From the NCBI RefSeq assembly GCF_039654945.1, contig NW_027361690.1, forward strand, positions 19,654,001 through 19,718,000: a DNA stretch of 64,000 nucleotides, given 5' to 3'. This document shows, in pieces, positions 1 through 14,801 of the stretch (the stretch's first letter is position 1; every line of letters begins with the position of its first letter). Made by a program: the position numbers and the translations under genes. The notes under the pieces are model-generated. The model did not search any database, was not told where the DNA came from, and saw only the letters and a program-made list of their open reading frames with translations. The stretch comes from Dendrobates tinctorius (lineage: Eukaryota).

Positions 1-140
1 AAATGAATCCTTGTGCTTTCTTTTCCCGAAAGTTCTCCCCATCCAAACGTAACTATGATGTGGGGAATCGGGAACTGTTGGCCATGAAATGGGCATTTGA
101 GGAGTCGAGACATTGGTTGTAGGGAGCCAAACACCAAGTC

Positions 141-1907
141 GTGGTCCTTACTGACCACAAGAATTTAATTTACCTGGAGTCGGCCAAGTGCTTGAATCCT
201 AGACAGGCTAGGTGGGCCTTGTTTTTTACACGTTTTGATTTTGTGGTCTCTTTTCTTCCGGGCACTAAGAATGTCAAGGCAGACGCCCTCTCTAGGAGTT
301 TCCTTGCTGATTCTCCTTTTGTGACTAAGCCTGCTACCATCTTAGGCGAGGGGGTAGTTCTTTCTGCCATCTCGCCCGATTTGAGACGTGCTCTGGAAGA
401 GTTTCAGGAGGACAAACCTGAGCGTTGTCCCAGTGGAAAGTTGTATGTTCCTGACCAGTGGAGGAAGAGAGTGATGTCTGAAGTTCATTGCTCTGCATTG
501 GCTGGTCATCCAGGTATTTTTGGTACTAGAGATCTGGTGAGTCGGTCTTTTTGGTGGCCCACCTTGTCTCATGATGTCAGGAATTTTGTGCAGTCCTGTG
601 GGACTTGCTCCCGGTCTAAACCTTGTTCTCGCTCTAGTGGCTTGTTGATGCCTTTGCCAGTGCCCAGGAGGCCATGGACCCATATTTCAATGGATTTTAT
701 CTCTGATATGCCTGTCTTTCAGAGAATGACTGTTATTTGGGTGATTTGTGATAGATTCTCTAAGATGGTCCATCTTGTACCACTCCCTAAGTTGCCATCT
801 TCCTCTGAGTTGGTGCCCTTGTTTTTGCAACAGGTGGTTCGCTTGCACGGGGTTCCTGAGAACATTGTATCTGACAGAGGAGTTCAGTTTGTGTCTAGAT
901 TTTGGAGGACTTTCTGTTCCAAGCTGGGAATTCAGTTGTCCTTCTCCTCTGCGTTTCACCCTCAGACCAATGGGCAGACGGAGAGAACAAACCAGACTTT
1001 GGAGTCGTATTTGAGATGTTTTATTTCTGCCGATCAGGATGATTGGGTTTCATTTTTGCCCTTGGCCGAATTTGCTTTAAATAATAGAGCTAGTTCTGCC
1101 ACTTTGATGTCACCTTTTTTTTGTAACTTTGGTTTTCACCTTCGATTTTCTTCAGGGCAGGTGGAGCCTTCTGCCTGCCCAGGTGTTGACACTGTGGTGG
1201 AGAGAATGCACCAGATCTGGGACCAAGTAGTGAATAAGTTGTCTCTCTCCCAGGAAAAGGCCCAGCGGTTTTCCAACCAGCGTAGGACCGTTGGTCCCCA
1301 GTTTAAGGTGGGTGATATGGTTTGGTTGTCATCAAAAAATATTGCTATGAAGGTGGCTTCTCCTAAGTTTAAGCCTAGATTTATTGGACCTTACAAGATT
1401 TTGGAGATTATTAATCCGGTCTCTTTTCGGTTGGCTCTTCCTGTCACATTTAAAATTCATAATGTGTTTCATAAGTCCTTGTTGAAGAGGTTTGCTGAAC
1501 CAGTAGTTCCTGTGGTGGCACCTCCTGACCCAATATTGGTTGAAGGTAACATGGAATATGAGGTAGAGAAGATACTGGATTCCTGTCTGGCTAGACGGAG
1601 ACTCCAGTATTTGGTTAAGTGGAAGGGTTATGGTCAGGAGGATAATTCCTGGGTCTCTGCCTCTGATATTCATGCCGAAAGATTGGTGCGTGCCTTTCAT
1701 CGGGCTCACCCGGATCGCCCTGGTGGCATGGATGAGGGTTCGGTGACCCCTCCTCAAGGGGGAGGTACTGTTGTGAGTTCATTTTTCCCTTCACCATTGA
1801 GGTCTGATGAACTCCCTCCTCTGGTGAAGGAAGGTAGTGAGGCTGATTACCAAACACATGGGCAGCTAGATGATGACTGGGTGGCTGGAATTGAGGACTG
1901 GATATAA
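141..1907 (+). pseudogene. Ty3/Gypsy (chromovirus-type) pol 3' part: RNase H end, integrase, chromodomain
   Basis: TDHKNL/RQARW RNase H motifs; HHCC-like GHPG...C..C; integrase ISMDF, SDRG, QTERTN; GPY; chromodomain YEVEKIL..QYLVKWKGY..NSW. In-frame TAG just upstream (~120). The ORF runs into the LTR. Confidence 0.93.
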
Positions 1908-2587
1908 GGCTGCCAATGCCCTTCTTCCTGGCTGGTTATTTTCCTGCTGGATTCTAGTAGACCAGTCTGATTCCTGCATCTCAAAGCTAAGTTTTCTGCT
2001 CTTCTTTGTACTCTTCAGCTTTGTTTTTGTTTTGCCTTGTTTTTTGGGAGTTCTGCCATCCCCGGCCGGGGGTGAGCTGAACTCCATTTTTGTCTCTGAT
2101 CTGTTTATATTTTCCTCTGTCTTCAGAATATACCTGAGTGCTGATATAGTCTTTTGAAGCCTAGCGACTTCAGGGCCTGTTTTTCCTATCAGTCGGTTGG
2201 CTCATTTTGATAGGGTTTTTGCGGATGGCAGACAGCAGCTTTCCTATCCTGTCCTACGTAGTTAGCTTGGGCCCCATCATTTGCTCAACCTATCTTTCTA
2301 TCTGTGTTAGTGTTTTCATCTTGCTTCACCGTCATTATATGTTGGGGGCTGCTTATTGCTTTGGGGTCTGCTCTGGGGCAGTTTAGTTTTTCCCCTTTCT
2401 GTCTTTAGGCTATATAGTTCTCCGGCTGTGATCGAGGGGTCTAGGGCACCGTAGGAACCCCCCACGGCTACTGCTAGTTGTTGTGGATAGGTTCAGGGGT
2501 CTGCAATCCGATAGCTGCCAACCTCTCTGGTTTTTCTGGACTTAGCTGGTATTTTGTTTTTTCCTCCTTCGGTGACTCATCATAACA
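1769..2587 (+). mobile_element. 3' LTR of the Gypsy chromovirus
   Basis: Polypurine tract AAGGGGGAGG just before TGTTGTGA (1769). Ends TCATAACA (2587), an imperfect terminal inverted repeat. Confidence 0.75.
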
Positions 2588-3149
2588 GACTAGACTGCTC
2601 TCTGCTCGTCCCTTTTGTACCGCACCGCCCTCTTGTGTATGACCTTTGGCTTCGGCTGACCTCCCATCTGCTTGTCCCTCCTGTACCTCATTCGCCCATA
2701 TTGTGTATGATCTCTGGTTTGCCCGACTCTGAGTGTTCTTCCATCTCAGTAAGCATGACTCTAAGCCCCGCCCCCTTGTGGTCACATGACCGTAGGTCCC
2801 ATGCCTGCTTGCTAATACCTCAGCATTCAGGTCCTGTGCGTCTGTACTTTCCAGCTGTTACTGTCCCCGGGACCCCTACAGCACTGGGGAGTCCCTGCTC
2901 AGCGAGGGCTGTACGTCGGCGCTGTCAGGATCCTGACAGGCTGATCATGTGACCCTAGCATCATCACAGGTCCTTGTCTTTAGGGAAAATCCCGGCCAAA
3001 CATTAACTTGCTGGGAGAAATGTATCTCCCATCCAGTAAAACACCCTTTGCTCTACTACACTAACAAGAGAGCGGACTATGTAATAAAAGAGGGCGCTGA
3101 GAATAACAAAAATAACAAGAATACACTATGTAAGAGACAGCACTGTACA

Positions 3150-3419
3150 TAACAGCAGAGGAAGCTATATAATAAGGGATGGCATCATATATAACTAGAG
3201 AGGATGGTATGTAATAAGGAATGGTGTTATACATAACAAAAGAGGAACTATGTAACTAAGGATGGTTTTATACATAATAAGTGAGTAGACTATATACTAA
3301 GGGACTGTGCTATACATAAAAAGTGACTACACTCTATACTGAGGGATGGCGCTATACATAATAAGCGAGTACACTATATACTAAGGGACTGAGCTATACA
3401 TAATTGAGTACACTATATA
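3150..3419. repeat. Degenerate AT-rich tandem repeat (ctatatactaagggactgagctatacataa-like), resuming at 3993-4014 and 5651-5703
   Basis: Repeated motif visible on both sides of two Tc1/mariner insertions. Confidence 0.6.
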
Positions 3420-3992
3420 CCAGGGGCGCCTGAAAACTTCGGGGCCCACCCATGAAATCTTTTTTACATGGTCTTGTTTTGCAATGCAATATGTTATTTA
3501 GTTAGTTGAATGGTCTCATGAGCAATCTGGATTTATTTTGATTTTTTTTGTTTCCGTTACAGCATTTTAAAGTTAGGTCGCAAGGCTGAAATATGGAAAT
3601 GGAGAAGTTGGCAAAGTTCACACATCGGCTGCTGCAATTCACTCCTGTAGTTTCCAATTGCTTCAGCACCCACCCTATTCCCCTGATTTGGCTCCCTCGG
3701 ACTGTCACCTATTCCCACAGATGAAAAAGCACCTTGGTGGAAGTTGGAATTGCAGCCATTGCAGCCATTGCAACAGCCGATGTGTGTACTTTGCCAACTT
3801 CTCCATTTCACCATTTCAATATTTCAGCCTTGCGACCCAACTTTAAAATGCTGTAACGGAAACAAAAAATATCAAAATAAATCCAGATTGCTCATGAGAC
3901 CATTCAACTAACTAAATAACATATTGCATTGCAACACAAGACCATGCAAAAAAATTTCATGGGTGGGCCTCGAAGTTTTCAGGCGCCCCTCG
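3420..3992. mobile_element. Non-autonomous mariner-derived MITE
   Basis: ~215-bp terminal inverted repeats and TA on both sides. The internal remnant encodes QHPPYSPDLAPSD (mariner YSPDLAP motif). Confidence 0.88.
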
Positions 3993-4014
3993 TATTAAGG
4001 GGCTGAGCTATATA

Positions 4015-5650
<1,636 letters not shown>

Positions 5651-5699
5651 TATAATAAGTGAGTACACTATAAACTAAGGGACTGTGTTAAACATAATA

Positions 5700-6320
5700 A
5701 GCGATAATAACATCTTCCTCCACCTCCCCCTGTTCCTAAATCCATTATAAATCCCCCTTCCTCCCTTCCCAATCCCCCACACCCCTCACTGTCCGCCTCC
5801 CCTGGCATCTCATTATTGTCCTCTCCCCCCATCATTGCCTTCTCCCCCAGCACCCCACCATTGCTCTTTCCACCACATCTATCATTGCTTTCTCCCCCAC
5901 CACCCCATCATTGCCCATTCCACCACCTCCATCATTTTCTCCTCCTCTATCACCCTCATCATTGCCCTTTCCACCATCATTGTCCTTTCCACTACCATCA
6001 TCATTGTCTTTTCCCCCACCACCACCATCATTGCCCAATCTACCACCTCCATCATTGCCTTATAATAATAATAGTTTTATTTCTATAGAGCCAACATATT
6101 CCGCAGCACTTTACATTTTAGAGGGGACTAGTACAGACAATAGACATTACAGCATAACAATAAACACATAGATCAAAACAGATACCAAGAGGAATGAGGG
6201 CCATGCTCGCAAGCTTATTCCCCACCACCCCCATTACTGCCCTCTCCTTCACCTCCATCATTGCCTTATCCCCCACCACCATCATTGCCCTCTCCTTCAT
6301 CCCCATCATTGCCTTCTTCA
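5700..6320. repeat. C-rich low-complexity tandem repeat (ccaccatcattgcc-like)
   Basis: Repeated catcattgcc units. Confidence 0.7.
6061..6217 (-). mobile_element. Short L2-like 3' end fragment
   Basis: Short TAA microsatellite followed by sequence resembling the L2 3' end at 53352-53515. Confidence 0.55.
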
Positions 6321-6921
6321 CCTACACACACAGACACACACAGCACCATTCACCTCTATGCACATTCCCCCGCAGCGCTACGCACACATACACACACCAC
6401 CACTCATCTCTACACACACACGTACATGTACGTACACACACACCACAGACAGCACCTCTCACCTCTCCGCATGCTCTCCCGCAGCCACAGCATAACTGTC
6501 GCCAACAGCTTCCTCTCACCGGCACAGCCACGCCTCTGACTGCTGAGATAGGAAGCAAGGGCAGGAAGCAGGATGGATCGCTGAAGCTCTGCTGCCATTT
6601 TCTCTTGTAGGCAGCAGAGCTGCAGGGATCTCTCCCTGCACGCAAAAAATGAGGGCAATCTGGCCAGGGTCCCCCAAGAGCCTCGAAGCAGAATAAACAG
6701 GCCAGATTGCCCTCATTATTAGCCACCTTGCAGGGGCCCCCCTGGAGCCTCTGGGCCCCGCTGCAGCTGCACCCGCTGCACATGCAGTGTGTCCGCCCTT
6801 GATGTAAGTAATATAATGGTCTGGATCACACACACAAGGAAGGGTTTTTCCGTTGCAGCTCTGTCGATCTCCAATCAGAGACTTAAGGGCAGGAGTGCAG
6901 CAGCAGAGCCAGTAGTACTTA

Positions 6922-8332
6922 CAGTTATGTGAAAAAGTGTTTGCCCCCTTCCTGATTTCATATTCTTTTGCATGGGTTGTCACACCAATGAGTCTTTTAC
7001 AACACTCTGGAGGAATGTTTGCCCACTGATCTTTGCAGAATTGTTGTAATTCAGCCACAGTGGAGGGTTTCCGAGCATGAACGACCTTTTTAAGGTCATG
7101 CCACAGGATCTCAATCAGATTAAGGTCAGGACTTGGACTAGGCCACTCCAGAGTCTTAAAGGGAACCTGTCACCAGAAATCTGTTAATCTGCAGATATGA
7201 AGTCAATCTGCAGTTCACAGCCTTATGATGCTGTCCAGCGCTTGCACGCAGCCAAAAGCAGAGGGGAGAAAATTATCTTTATTCTCCCCACTGCATTCAT
7301 TGGCTCTACACTGCCATCAGTCAGGGCGGGAGGCGCTGCCCCTATGACTGAATAAAGATAGCTTTCTCCCCTCTGCATTCGGCTGCATGCAGGCACCGGA
7401 CAGCATCATAACGCCGTTAACCTGCAGATTAATCACGCATCTGCAGGTTAACATAATTATTTCTGGTTTTAACTTTGTTTTTCCTAAGCCATTCAGAGGT
7501 GGACTTGCTGGTGTGTTTTGGATCATTGTCCTGCTGCAGAACCCACATGCGCTTCAGCTTGAGGTCACGAACAGATGACCGGACATTCTTCTTCAGGATT
7601 TTTTTAGTAGACAGCAGAATTCATGGTTCCATTTACTGCAGCAAGTCTTCCAGGTCCTGAAGCAGCAAAACAGCCCCAGACCATCACACTACCACCACCA
7701 TATTTTACTTTGACCTCTTGATGAGTTGTTTCTGCACTCTTGGGGTAATTTTGGTTGACCGACCACTTCTGGGAAAGTTCACCACTGTTCTATGTTTTTG
7801 CCATTTGTGGATAATGGCTCTCACCGTGGTTCACTGGAGTTCCAAAGCTTGAGAAATGGCTTTATAACCTTTTCCAGACTGATGGATCTCAGTTACTCTG
7901 TTTCTAATTTGTTCCAGAATTTCTTTGGTCCGCGGCATGATGTTTAGCATTTGAGGACCTTTTGGTCTACTTCACTTTGTCAGGCAGGTCCTATTTAAGT
8001 AATTTCTTGATTAAGAACAGGTGTTGCAGTAATCAGGCCTGCGTTTGGATACGGAATTTGAACACAGCTTCCCAAATATGTGATAAACCACAATTTATGC
8101 TTTAAGGGGGCGTGGGGTGGGCAATCACTTTTACACACAGGGCCCTGTAGGTTTGGATTTCTTTTTCCCTTAATAATAATAAAGACCTTCATTTAAAAAC
8201 TGCATTTTGTGTTTACTTTTGCTATCTTTGACTAATATTTAAATTTGTTTAGTGATCTGAAACATTTAAGTGTGACAAACATGCAAAAGAATAGGAAATC
8301 AGGAAGGGGGAAAACACTTTTTTACACAACTG
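6922..8332 (-). mobile_element. Internally deleted Tc1 element
   Basis: TA|CAGTTATGTGAAAAAGTG...ACACAACTG|TA; transposase remnant ELQQFCKDQWANIPPECCKRLI. Confidence 0.85.
7160..7468. mobile_element. T2/Kolobok-type MITE nested in the Tc1 (right end eroded)
   Basis: TTAA|AGGGAACCTGTCA start. The Tc1 sequence resumes after TTAA at 7469-7472. Confidence 0.65.
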
Positions 8333-8391
8333 TAGGTATGGAAAAAAAAACATCTTGATGGAGCTTCTGAATACCCAGGTGAGATGTCAGC

Positions 8392-9224
8392 AGTCACGAT
8401 GACCCGTCCTGTGTGACGCGACCCGCAGGCCGGTAACTAAAACAACAAGACGCGGCATGTGATACTGTCCTTTGTGACACGGCCTCTGGCCGGTAACTAA
8501 AACAACAAGACACGGGGAAAGGGGAAACAGATACAACGGTGGGCCCTGCGATAGGGAAAGGGGACGTGGAGACCTCCTGCACTCCCCTATGTCAGTGTCC
8601 CTAACGCTCCTAACTTTCCCTATGCCGGTTCCGCACCTGGCGCCGATCAGGAACCTGTCACCCTAGCACACCCTACACCTATCCCTTGCTAGGGAGCTGG
8701 GTGGCACAGGCTCTGGCCCCACTGCTGTACTAATACACACTAAGGAAAAACACAAACAGGGAAACACCTGTTACTCTGTTGCACTTGCTCCTTGCAGCAG
8801 AGTCCACCACCAGAATGTAGCTCTCCTCCTGAATCGCTGCCACCAAGCTCTGTCAGAGCTACAAGGAAATCCCCTATGACTCCTTCCACACCAGGGCTAA
8901 GACAGTGCTGCAAGGAACGCTCTCCAGCTCCTTCCTCCACCAAGGATGGTTGAAATGAACACTATCACCAACACTGATTGCAACACCTGTGACTCTTTTA
9001 TAGCAGCCAGAGCAATCACACCTGCATTATAATCATGTGCACTTAACTAAAGAAACAAGAGTGCAATGACGCTCACCACCACCGGGGGCAAACTTAGAAC
9101 AAACGACACCAAAGTGCAATAATCCTAATGGCCACCGGGGGCAAAAAACAAACTTAAGCACAGCTTAAGAAAAAAAAGGTTACCTGTGCTTTTTATCAGT
9201 CCTGATCCTGCATGGATCATGACA
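8392..9224. mobile_element. Solo LTR
   Basis: aGTCACGAT...ATCATGACA inverted termini (first base mutated from T); 5-bp TSD TCAGC at 8387-8391 and 9225-9229. Confidence 0.8.
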
Positions 9225-9238
9225 TCAGCATTGCAGAG

Positions 9239-10516
9239 TAGATGTGGGCGGACCCCTGGATGTTTGGGTCTGGCCAAACAGTTACAAAAAGTTCGGATTT
9301 GGGTACCAGAACAGTACCCGGACCCGAACATGGACCCCATTCATTTTAATGAGGGGCCCGAACAGCCAGTTTTTGCCACGCTGTTATATGCATGACAGTG
9401 CGGCAAACACCGCTTTTGATCGGCAGTGAAATCATCCCCGTCGGTCAGAGAGCTGCAGTTCCCACGCTGCCAAAAGACAATGAAGTCACCACCGGTCACT
9501 GAGGCTGCGCTCGAAGCCGCTCAGTCACTAGTGGTTTTCAGCCTGGACGGTCGCATGTTGGCACCGTCCAGGTTGAAAACTGTTTATCCCCCAGATATGG
9601 ATTACGGCATGGGACAGAAAGACAGACAGGTATGGTATATTGTTGTTTTTTTATTATTTTATTTTTATTACAGGAGAATGAGGGCTTTGGTGGAATAGGC
9701 GTTTGGTGAGTATAACTGTGTTTGTTATTTTTAAATAAAAAAGTATAAGTGTGTTTTGTTTTATTTCTAATAAAGGACTTTATTCTAGCTGTGTCTTTAT
9801 TTACCATACAACTATGGATGTGTCTTTATTTACCATACAACTATGGTATGACAATACAAAGGGGACATCAACCCCACAAATATGAACCCCACTTCTCACC
9901 GCTACAGGGCAAGTGGGAAAAGCCAGGCAAAGCGTCAGATATGGCGCATCTAATAGATGTGCCTTTTCTGGGCAGGTGCGGGCTGCTATTTTTAAGCGGG
10001 GGGGCCACAATTTATGGCCACTTACCAGCCTGAATATACCAGACCCCAGCTATCTGCTTTAGCAAGGCTGGTTGTCAAAAATGGAGGGGGACCCTGCGCC
10101 GTTTTTTAAAATTATTTATTTAAATTAAAAAAAACAGCTTGGGGACCCCTCTATTATTGATAACCAGCCTTGTTGAAGTTGACTGCTGAGGGTTGCAGCC
10201 ACCAGCTGTGAGTTTTGACTGGCTGGTTATCAAAAATACATGGGAACCCACACCATTTTTTAAATAAATTATTTATTTACAGTGCAGGAGTGGCTGATGA
10301 ATACTCCTATCCGCCAGTCCTCACTATTATTAGAAGGTGTCGGATGATGGGGTCAGTGCCAAGCACGACAGTGTGGGACAAACACCCGGTGTTGGAGCAG
10401 CCGAACCCGAACACTAACTTGGACTTCCTGGAGAAGTCCGTGTTCGATGTCTGTGCCCGAACAGTAGGTGTTAGTTACAGACAACAAACTTTACTCTTTG
10501 GATTCACCCATCTCTA
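9239..10516. mobile_element. Non-autonomous hAT-like element
   Basis: TAGATGTGGGCG...CACCCATCTCTA termini; 8-bp TSD TTGCAGAG/TTACAGAG. Confidence 0.75.
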
Positions 10517-10810
10517 TTACAGAGCAGATGGAAGATTCATTGAATAGACAGCTGTGCAGAAAAATATTTTCCATTATTTGGAGTTTCAGTGATGCATTTC
10601 AGGGAATTCTCTGTCATCCGAGTGTACATATTTTTTTCTATACTATAGTACCATTTTGTGATCAGAGGTCAAGAAAGTAAAGTAAGATAACATCACACCA
10701 TTGTTGCAATTATGGCTTACTGACTTTATATATTTAAGAAAAGTAGCTTGTGTTGAAAAGTAGCAAAGTTTCTGTGCGATTCTCTCTCTTTGTATATATG
10801 AAGTATTTAA

Positions 10811-11251
10811 AGAGAATCTGTCATAAGGTTTTTGCCATCAAATCTGAAAGCAGCTTAATGCAGAGACAGAGACCCTGATTAATAATAATAATAATAATAA
10901 ATTATTCCACTGATTCCAGTGATGTGTAACTTACTGGGCTGCTTGCTGTAATTTTGATAAGATCACTGTTTTATCAACAGGAGATTATCACTAGAGGACT
11001 AGTAAACCTGCTGCCTGATTTGCAGCTTTCTGCCTATGCACAATGTACACAGGAAGCTGCCAATCTGTGGTATAGGCAGGGTTATACAGAGATCAGCATT
11101 AGAGAACTGCTAGATCTGCAGCAGAAAAACTAATTTTTATAAAAAACTCCAGCAAGCAGTCCAGTAAGTAATATATCACTGGAATCAGGGTCTCTACCCC
11201 CACACCATGCTGTTGTCAGATGAGGTTTCAAAAACCTGACACCAGATTCCC
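10811..11251. mobile_element. T2/Kolobok-type MITE
   Basis: TTAA|AGAGAATCTGTCA...CAGATTCCC|TTAA with long imperfect inverted arms. Confidence 0.75.
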
Positions 11252-11369
11252 TTAAAACAGGAATCGTGACTCAGCCTGACTTATGTGTTTTAATAAATAC
11301 TTGGATTATGTGCATTGTTTTTATGATTTTGTTTTTACAGCATTTGTTCTGTTGTAAAAATGACTCTGA

Positions 11370-12170
11370 ATCTTGATTCTACAGGTCTGCACAATTATGG
11401 TGACACCAAACTTGCATATTTTTTTTTACTTAAGTGGAGAGAAAAAAATCAGATTTTTTAAAGAAAAACATTTTTAGGTTTGTGTCACCATTTTCTGAAA
11501 CCTGAACATTTTTATATTGCTGTCAGTTAAGCTGTGTAAGGGATTGTTTTTTGCATGGTAAATTATATCAATTCCACTTTGGGGTACATATGATGTTTTG
11601 ATTGCGTTTGTTTAGTCCCAAGTGGTGATCGAAAACCCGCAATTCTGTCATTTTGATTTTTTTTCACGCTATGGTGCTTACCGATGCAGTTACAGTTAGT
11701 TTTACATATTCGCAGAATGGACTATTGTCTATGCGGTGATCCCAAAAATTGACATATTATATAGAGGAAAAAGGTGGTGTTTCAAATGTTTATTTAAGTA
11801 TTCTTATTTTTTAAACTTTTTTTTATATTTTTTGCTTAATTTTTTAGTCCCCTTATGGTACTAGGGTCTGTGATTGTTCGAGCGCTTATTTTATATACAG
11901 AAATACCATAGTATTACAGTATATAGCATAGATCAATGTCTCCTGTGGAACCCAGTCTGTGGCCGAGTTTCACAGGAGTGCCAAGAAGGCAGTGACAGTG
12001 ACCTTCAGGAGGCCTCCAGTTGACATGTTAACGCATACTAATAGGGGCCAATGGAAGCCAGGGGGCGTGAGAACCGCCACATGTTCAGGTACTGGCCACT
12101 GATGCCAGCTGTGCAATACAGTCGCCATCTGCCAAAATAATTATATGATTTTGCGCTTATGGGGTTTTAA
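11370..12170 (+). mobile_element. Old truncated relative of the TTAA MITE at 46216-47452
   Basis: Shared blocks (gacaccaaac...taagtggagaaaaaaa); ends ggggttttaa. Confidence 0.45.
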
Positions 12171-12205
12171 TTACTTTTATAACACATCTGACAGCAATAT
12201 ATATA

Positions 12206-13814
12206 CAGTGGGGCAAAAAAGTATTTCGTCAGTCAGCAATAGTGCAAGTTCCACCACTTAAAAAGATGAGAGGCGTCTGTAATTTACATCATAGGTAGAC
12301 CTCAACTATGGGAGACAAACTGAGAAAAAAAAAATCCAGAAAATCACATTGTCTGTTTTTTTTTTCATTTTATTTGCATATTATGATGGAAAATAAGTAT
12401 TTGGTCAGAAACAAGCAATCAAGATTTCTGGCTCTCACAGACCTGTAACTTCTTCTTTAAGAGTCTCCTCTTTCCTCCACTCATTACCTGTAGTAATGTC
12501 ACCTGTTTAAACTTGTTATCAGTATAAAAAGACACCTGTGCACACCCTCAAACAGTCTGACTCCAAACTCCACTTTGGTGAAGACCAAAGAGCTGTCAAA
12601 GGACACCAGAAACAAAATTGTAGCCCTGCACCAGGCTGGGAAGACTGAATCTGCAATAGCCAACCAGCTTGGAGTGAAGAAATCAACTGTGGGAGCAATA
12701 ATTAGAAAATGGAAGACATACAAGACCACTGATAATCTCCCTCGATCTGGTGCTCCACGCAAAATCCCACCCCGTGGGGTCAGAATGATCACAAGAACGG
12801 TGAGCAAAAATCCCAGAACCACGCGGGGGGACCTAGTGAATGAACTGCAGAGAGCTGGGACCAATGTAAGAAGGCCTACCATAAGTAACACACTACGCCA
12901 CCATGGACTCAGATCCGGCAGTGCCAGACGTGTCCCACTGCTTAAGCCTGTACAGGTCCGGGCCCGTCTGAAGTTTTCTAGAGAGCATTTGGATGATCCA
13001 GAGGAGTTTTGGGAGAATGTCCTATGGTCTGATGAAACCAAACTGGAACTGTTTGGTAGAAACACAACTTGTTGTGTTTGGAGGAAAAAGAATACTGAGT
13101 TGCATCCATCAAACACCATACCTACTGTGAAGCATGGTGGTGGAAATATCATGCTTTGGGGCTGTTTCTCTGCAAAGGGGCCAGGACGACTGATCCGGGT
13201 ACATGAAAGAATGAATGGGGCCATGTATCGTGAGATTTTGAGTGCAAACCTCCTTCCATCAGCAAGGGCATTGAATATGAAACGTGGCTGGGTCTTTCAA
13301 CATGACAATGATCCAAAGCACACCGCCAGGGCAACGAAGGAGTGGCTTCGTAAGAAGCATTTCAAGGTCCTGGAGTGGCCTAGCCAGTCTCCAGATCTCA
13401 ACCCTATAGAAAACCTTTGGAGGGAGTTGAAAGTCCGTGTTGCCAAGCGAAAAGCCAAAAACATCACTGCTCTAGAGGAGATCTGCATGGAGGAATGGGC
13501 CAACATACCAACAACAGTGTGTGGCAACCTTGTGAAGACTTACAGAAAACTTTTGACCTCTGTCATTGCCAACAAAGGATATATCACAAAGTATTGAGAT
13601 GAAATTTTGTTTCTGACCAAATACTTATTTTCCACCATAATATGCAAATAAAATGAAAAAAAAAACAGACAATGTGATTTTCTGGATTTTTTTTTCTCAG
13701 TTTGTCTCCCATAGTTGAGGTCTACCTATGATGTAAATTACAGACGCCTCTCATCTTTTTAAGTGGTGGAACTTGCACTATTGCTGACTGACTAAATACT
13801 TTTTTTCCCCACTG
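12206..13814 (+). mobile_element. Full-length Tc1-like DNA transposon
   Basis: TA|CAGTGGGGCAAAAAAG...TTTTCCCCACTG|TA, ~205-bp near-perfect TIRs. Confidence 0.96.
12575..13597 (+). pseudogene. Tc1 DD34E transposase, 340 codons open but starting TTG rather than ATG
   Basis: [22 protein letters not shown]. The sequence at 12575 reads TTG GTG AAG. Confidence 0.88.
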
Positions 13815-13889
13815 TATATTGATGTTAGCCATAACAATGCAGTAATTGCTGGCCATAAAAAGCATGTTCAGCTTTGATCTGGTACTTAA

Positions 13890-14260
13890 AGAGGTTGTCC
13901 ATTACTAGGACAACCCTAGGACAACCCTTTCTTGATCAAAATGTTTGGCCCTCATAAAATAATAAAACTTAAGCCTACCGCCCGTGAAGGTGCTGTTGCC
14001 GCAATATCAGCATTCGTGGTGCTCCAGTGCTGTTGTTGTGACAAGTGACGCCAGCGCCCAATCAATGCTGGCATCACTGTCCCCGCCTTTGGACAAATCG
14101 AACGTGAAGAGGAAGCCCAGGCCGCAGCTGATCTCTGACTTCCTCTTCCTGCTCAATTCGACAGGAGGCGGCAGCAAGGGAGGTGAATATAAGCTTTCTT
14201 ATTTTATGGGGGCCAAGCGAGGGGTATGAGAAGAAGCTGTCCAAATAGCGGACAACTTGT
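13890..14260. mobile_element. T2/Kolobok-type MITE
   Basis: TTAA|AGAGGTTGTCC...GGACAACTTGT|TTAA. Confidence 0.7.
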
Positions 14261-14608
14261 TTAAGAATTCAATCTCCAATATCTTCAGTGAGTATGGAGA
14301 TAAGGGCCTCATACACATTAGATTAAACTTGGAGGAACCAACCATTTTCAATGGAACCCTTGACCATCTAATGTGTATTGGGGTCTCCATAAAGACACTG
14401 GCAGAAAATCCATGGCAATAGACGTTCAGAAAGATGTTAGAAAAGATGCTTCAGGTAAAACACTAATGGCATTTTCCTGCAGCGTCTCCCTCTAGTAAAA
14501 ACCATCCGAGTACACCAGCATTTAAAAGATTTTTGAGGAGTTTTTGGTGCATAGATTAAGTGGAAATGTTCCAAATTCTAATCAAAACTTTGGGATTTCT
14601 GCACCAAA

Positions 14609-14801
14609 GGCCGGGGACACACTTGCGACAAACTCACATGAGTCTCAATACCCGGCACTGCCGCCGGCACTCGCTCGAGACCGGAGTGTGCAGCTGCATA
14701 GAAATACAAGCAGCCGCACAATCTGGTCCAGAGTGCCGGCGGCAGTGCCGGGTATTGAGACACGAGACTCGTGCGAGTTTCTTGCAAGTGGGACCCCGGC
14801 C
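14609..14801. mobile_element. Palindromic PIF/Harbinger-like MITE
   Basis: GGCCGGGGACACACTTGCG...GCAAGTGGGACCCCGGCC with 3-bp AAA flanks. The whole element can form a hairpin. Confidence 0.7.

Noticed and set aside
2588-2940. Possible remnant of another LTR ending GATCCTGACA
   Set aside because: Its left end and TSD are not visible in the window.
10285-10310. CTGATGA hammerhead-like core
   Set aside because: No stem II followed by GAAA.
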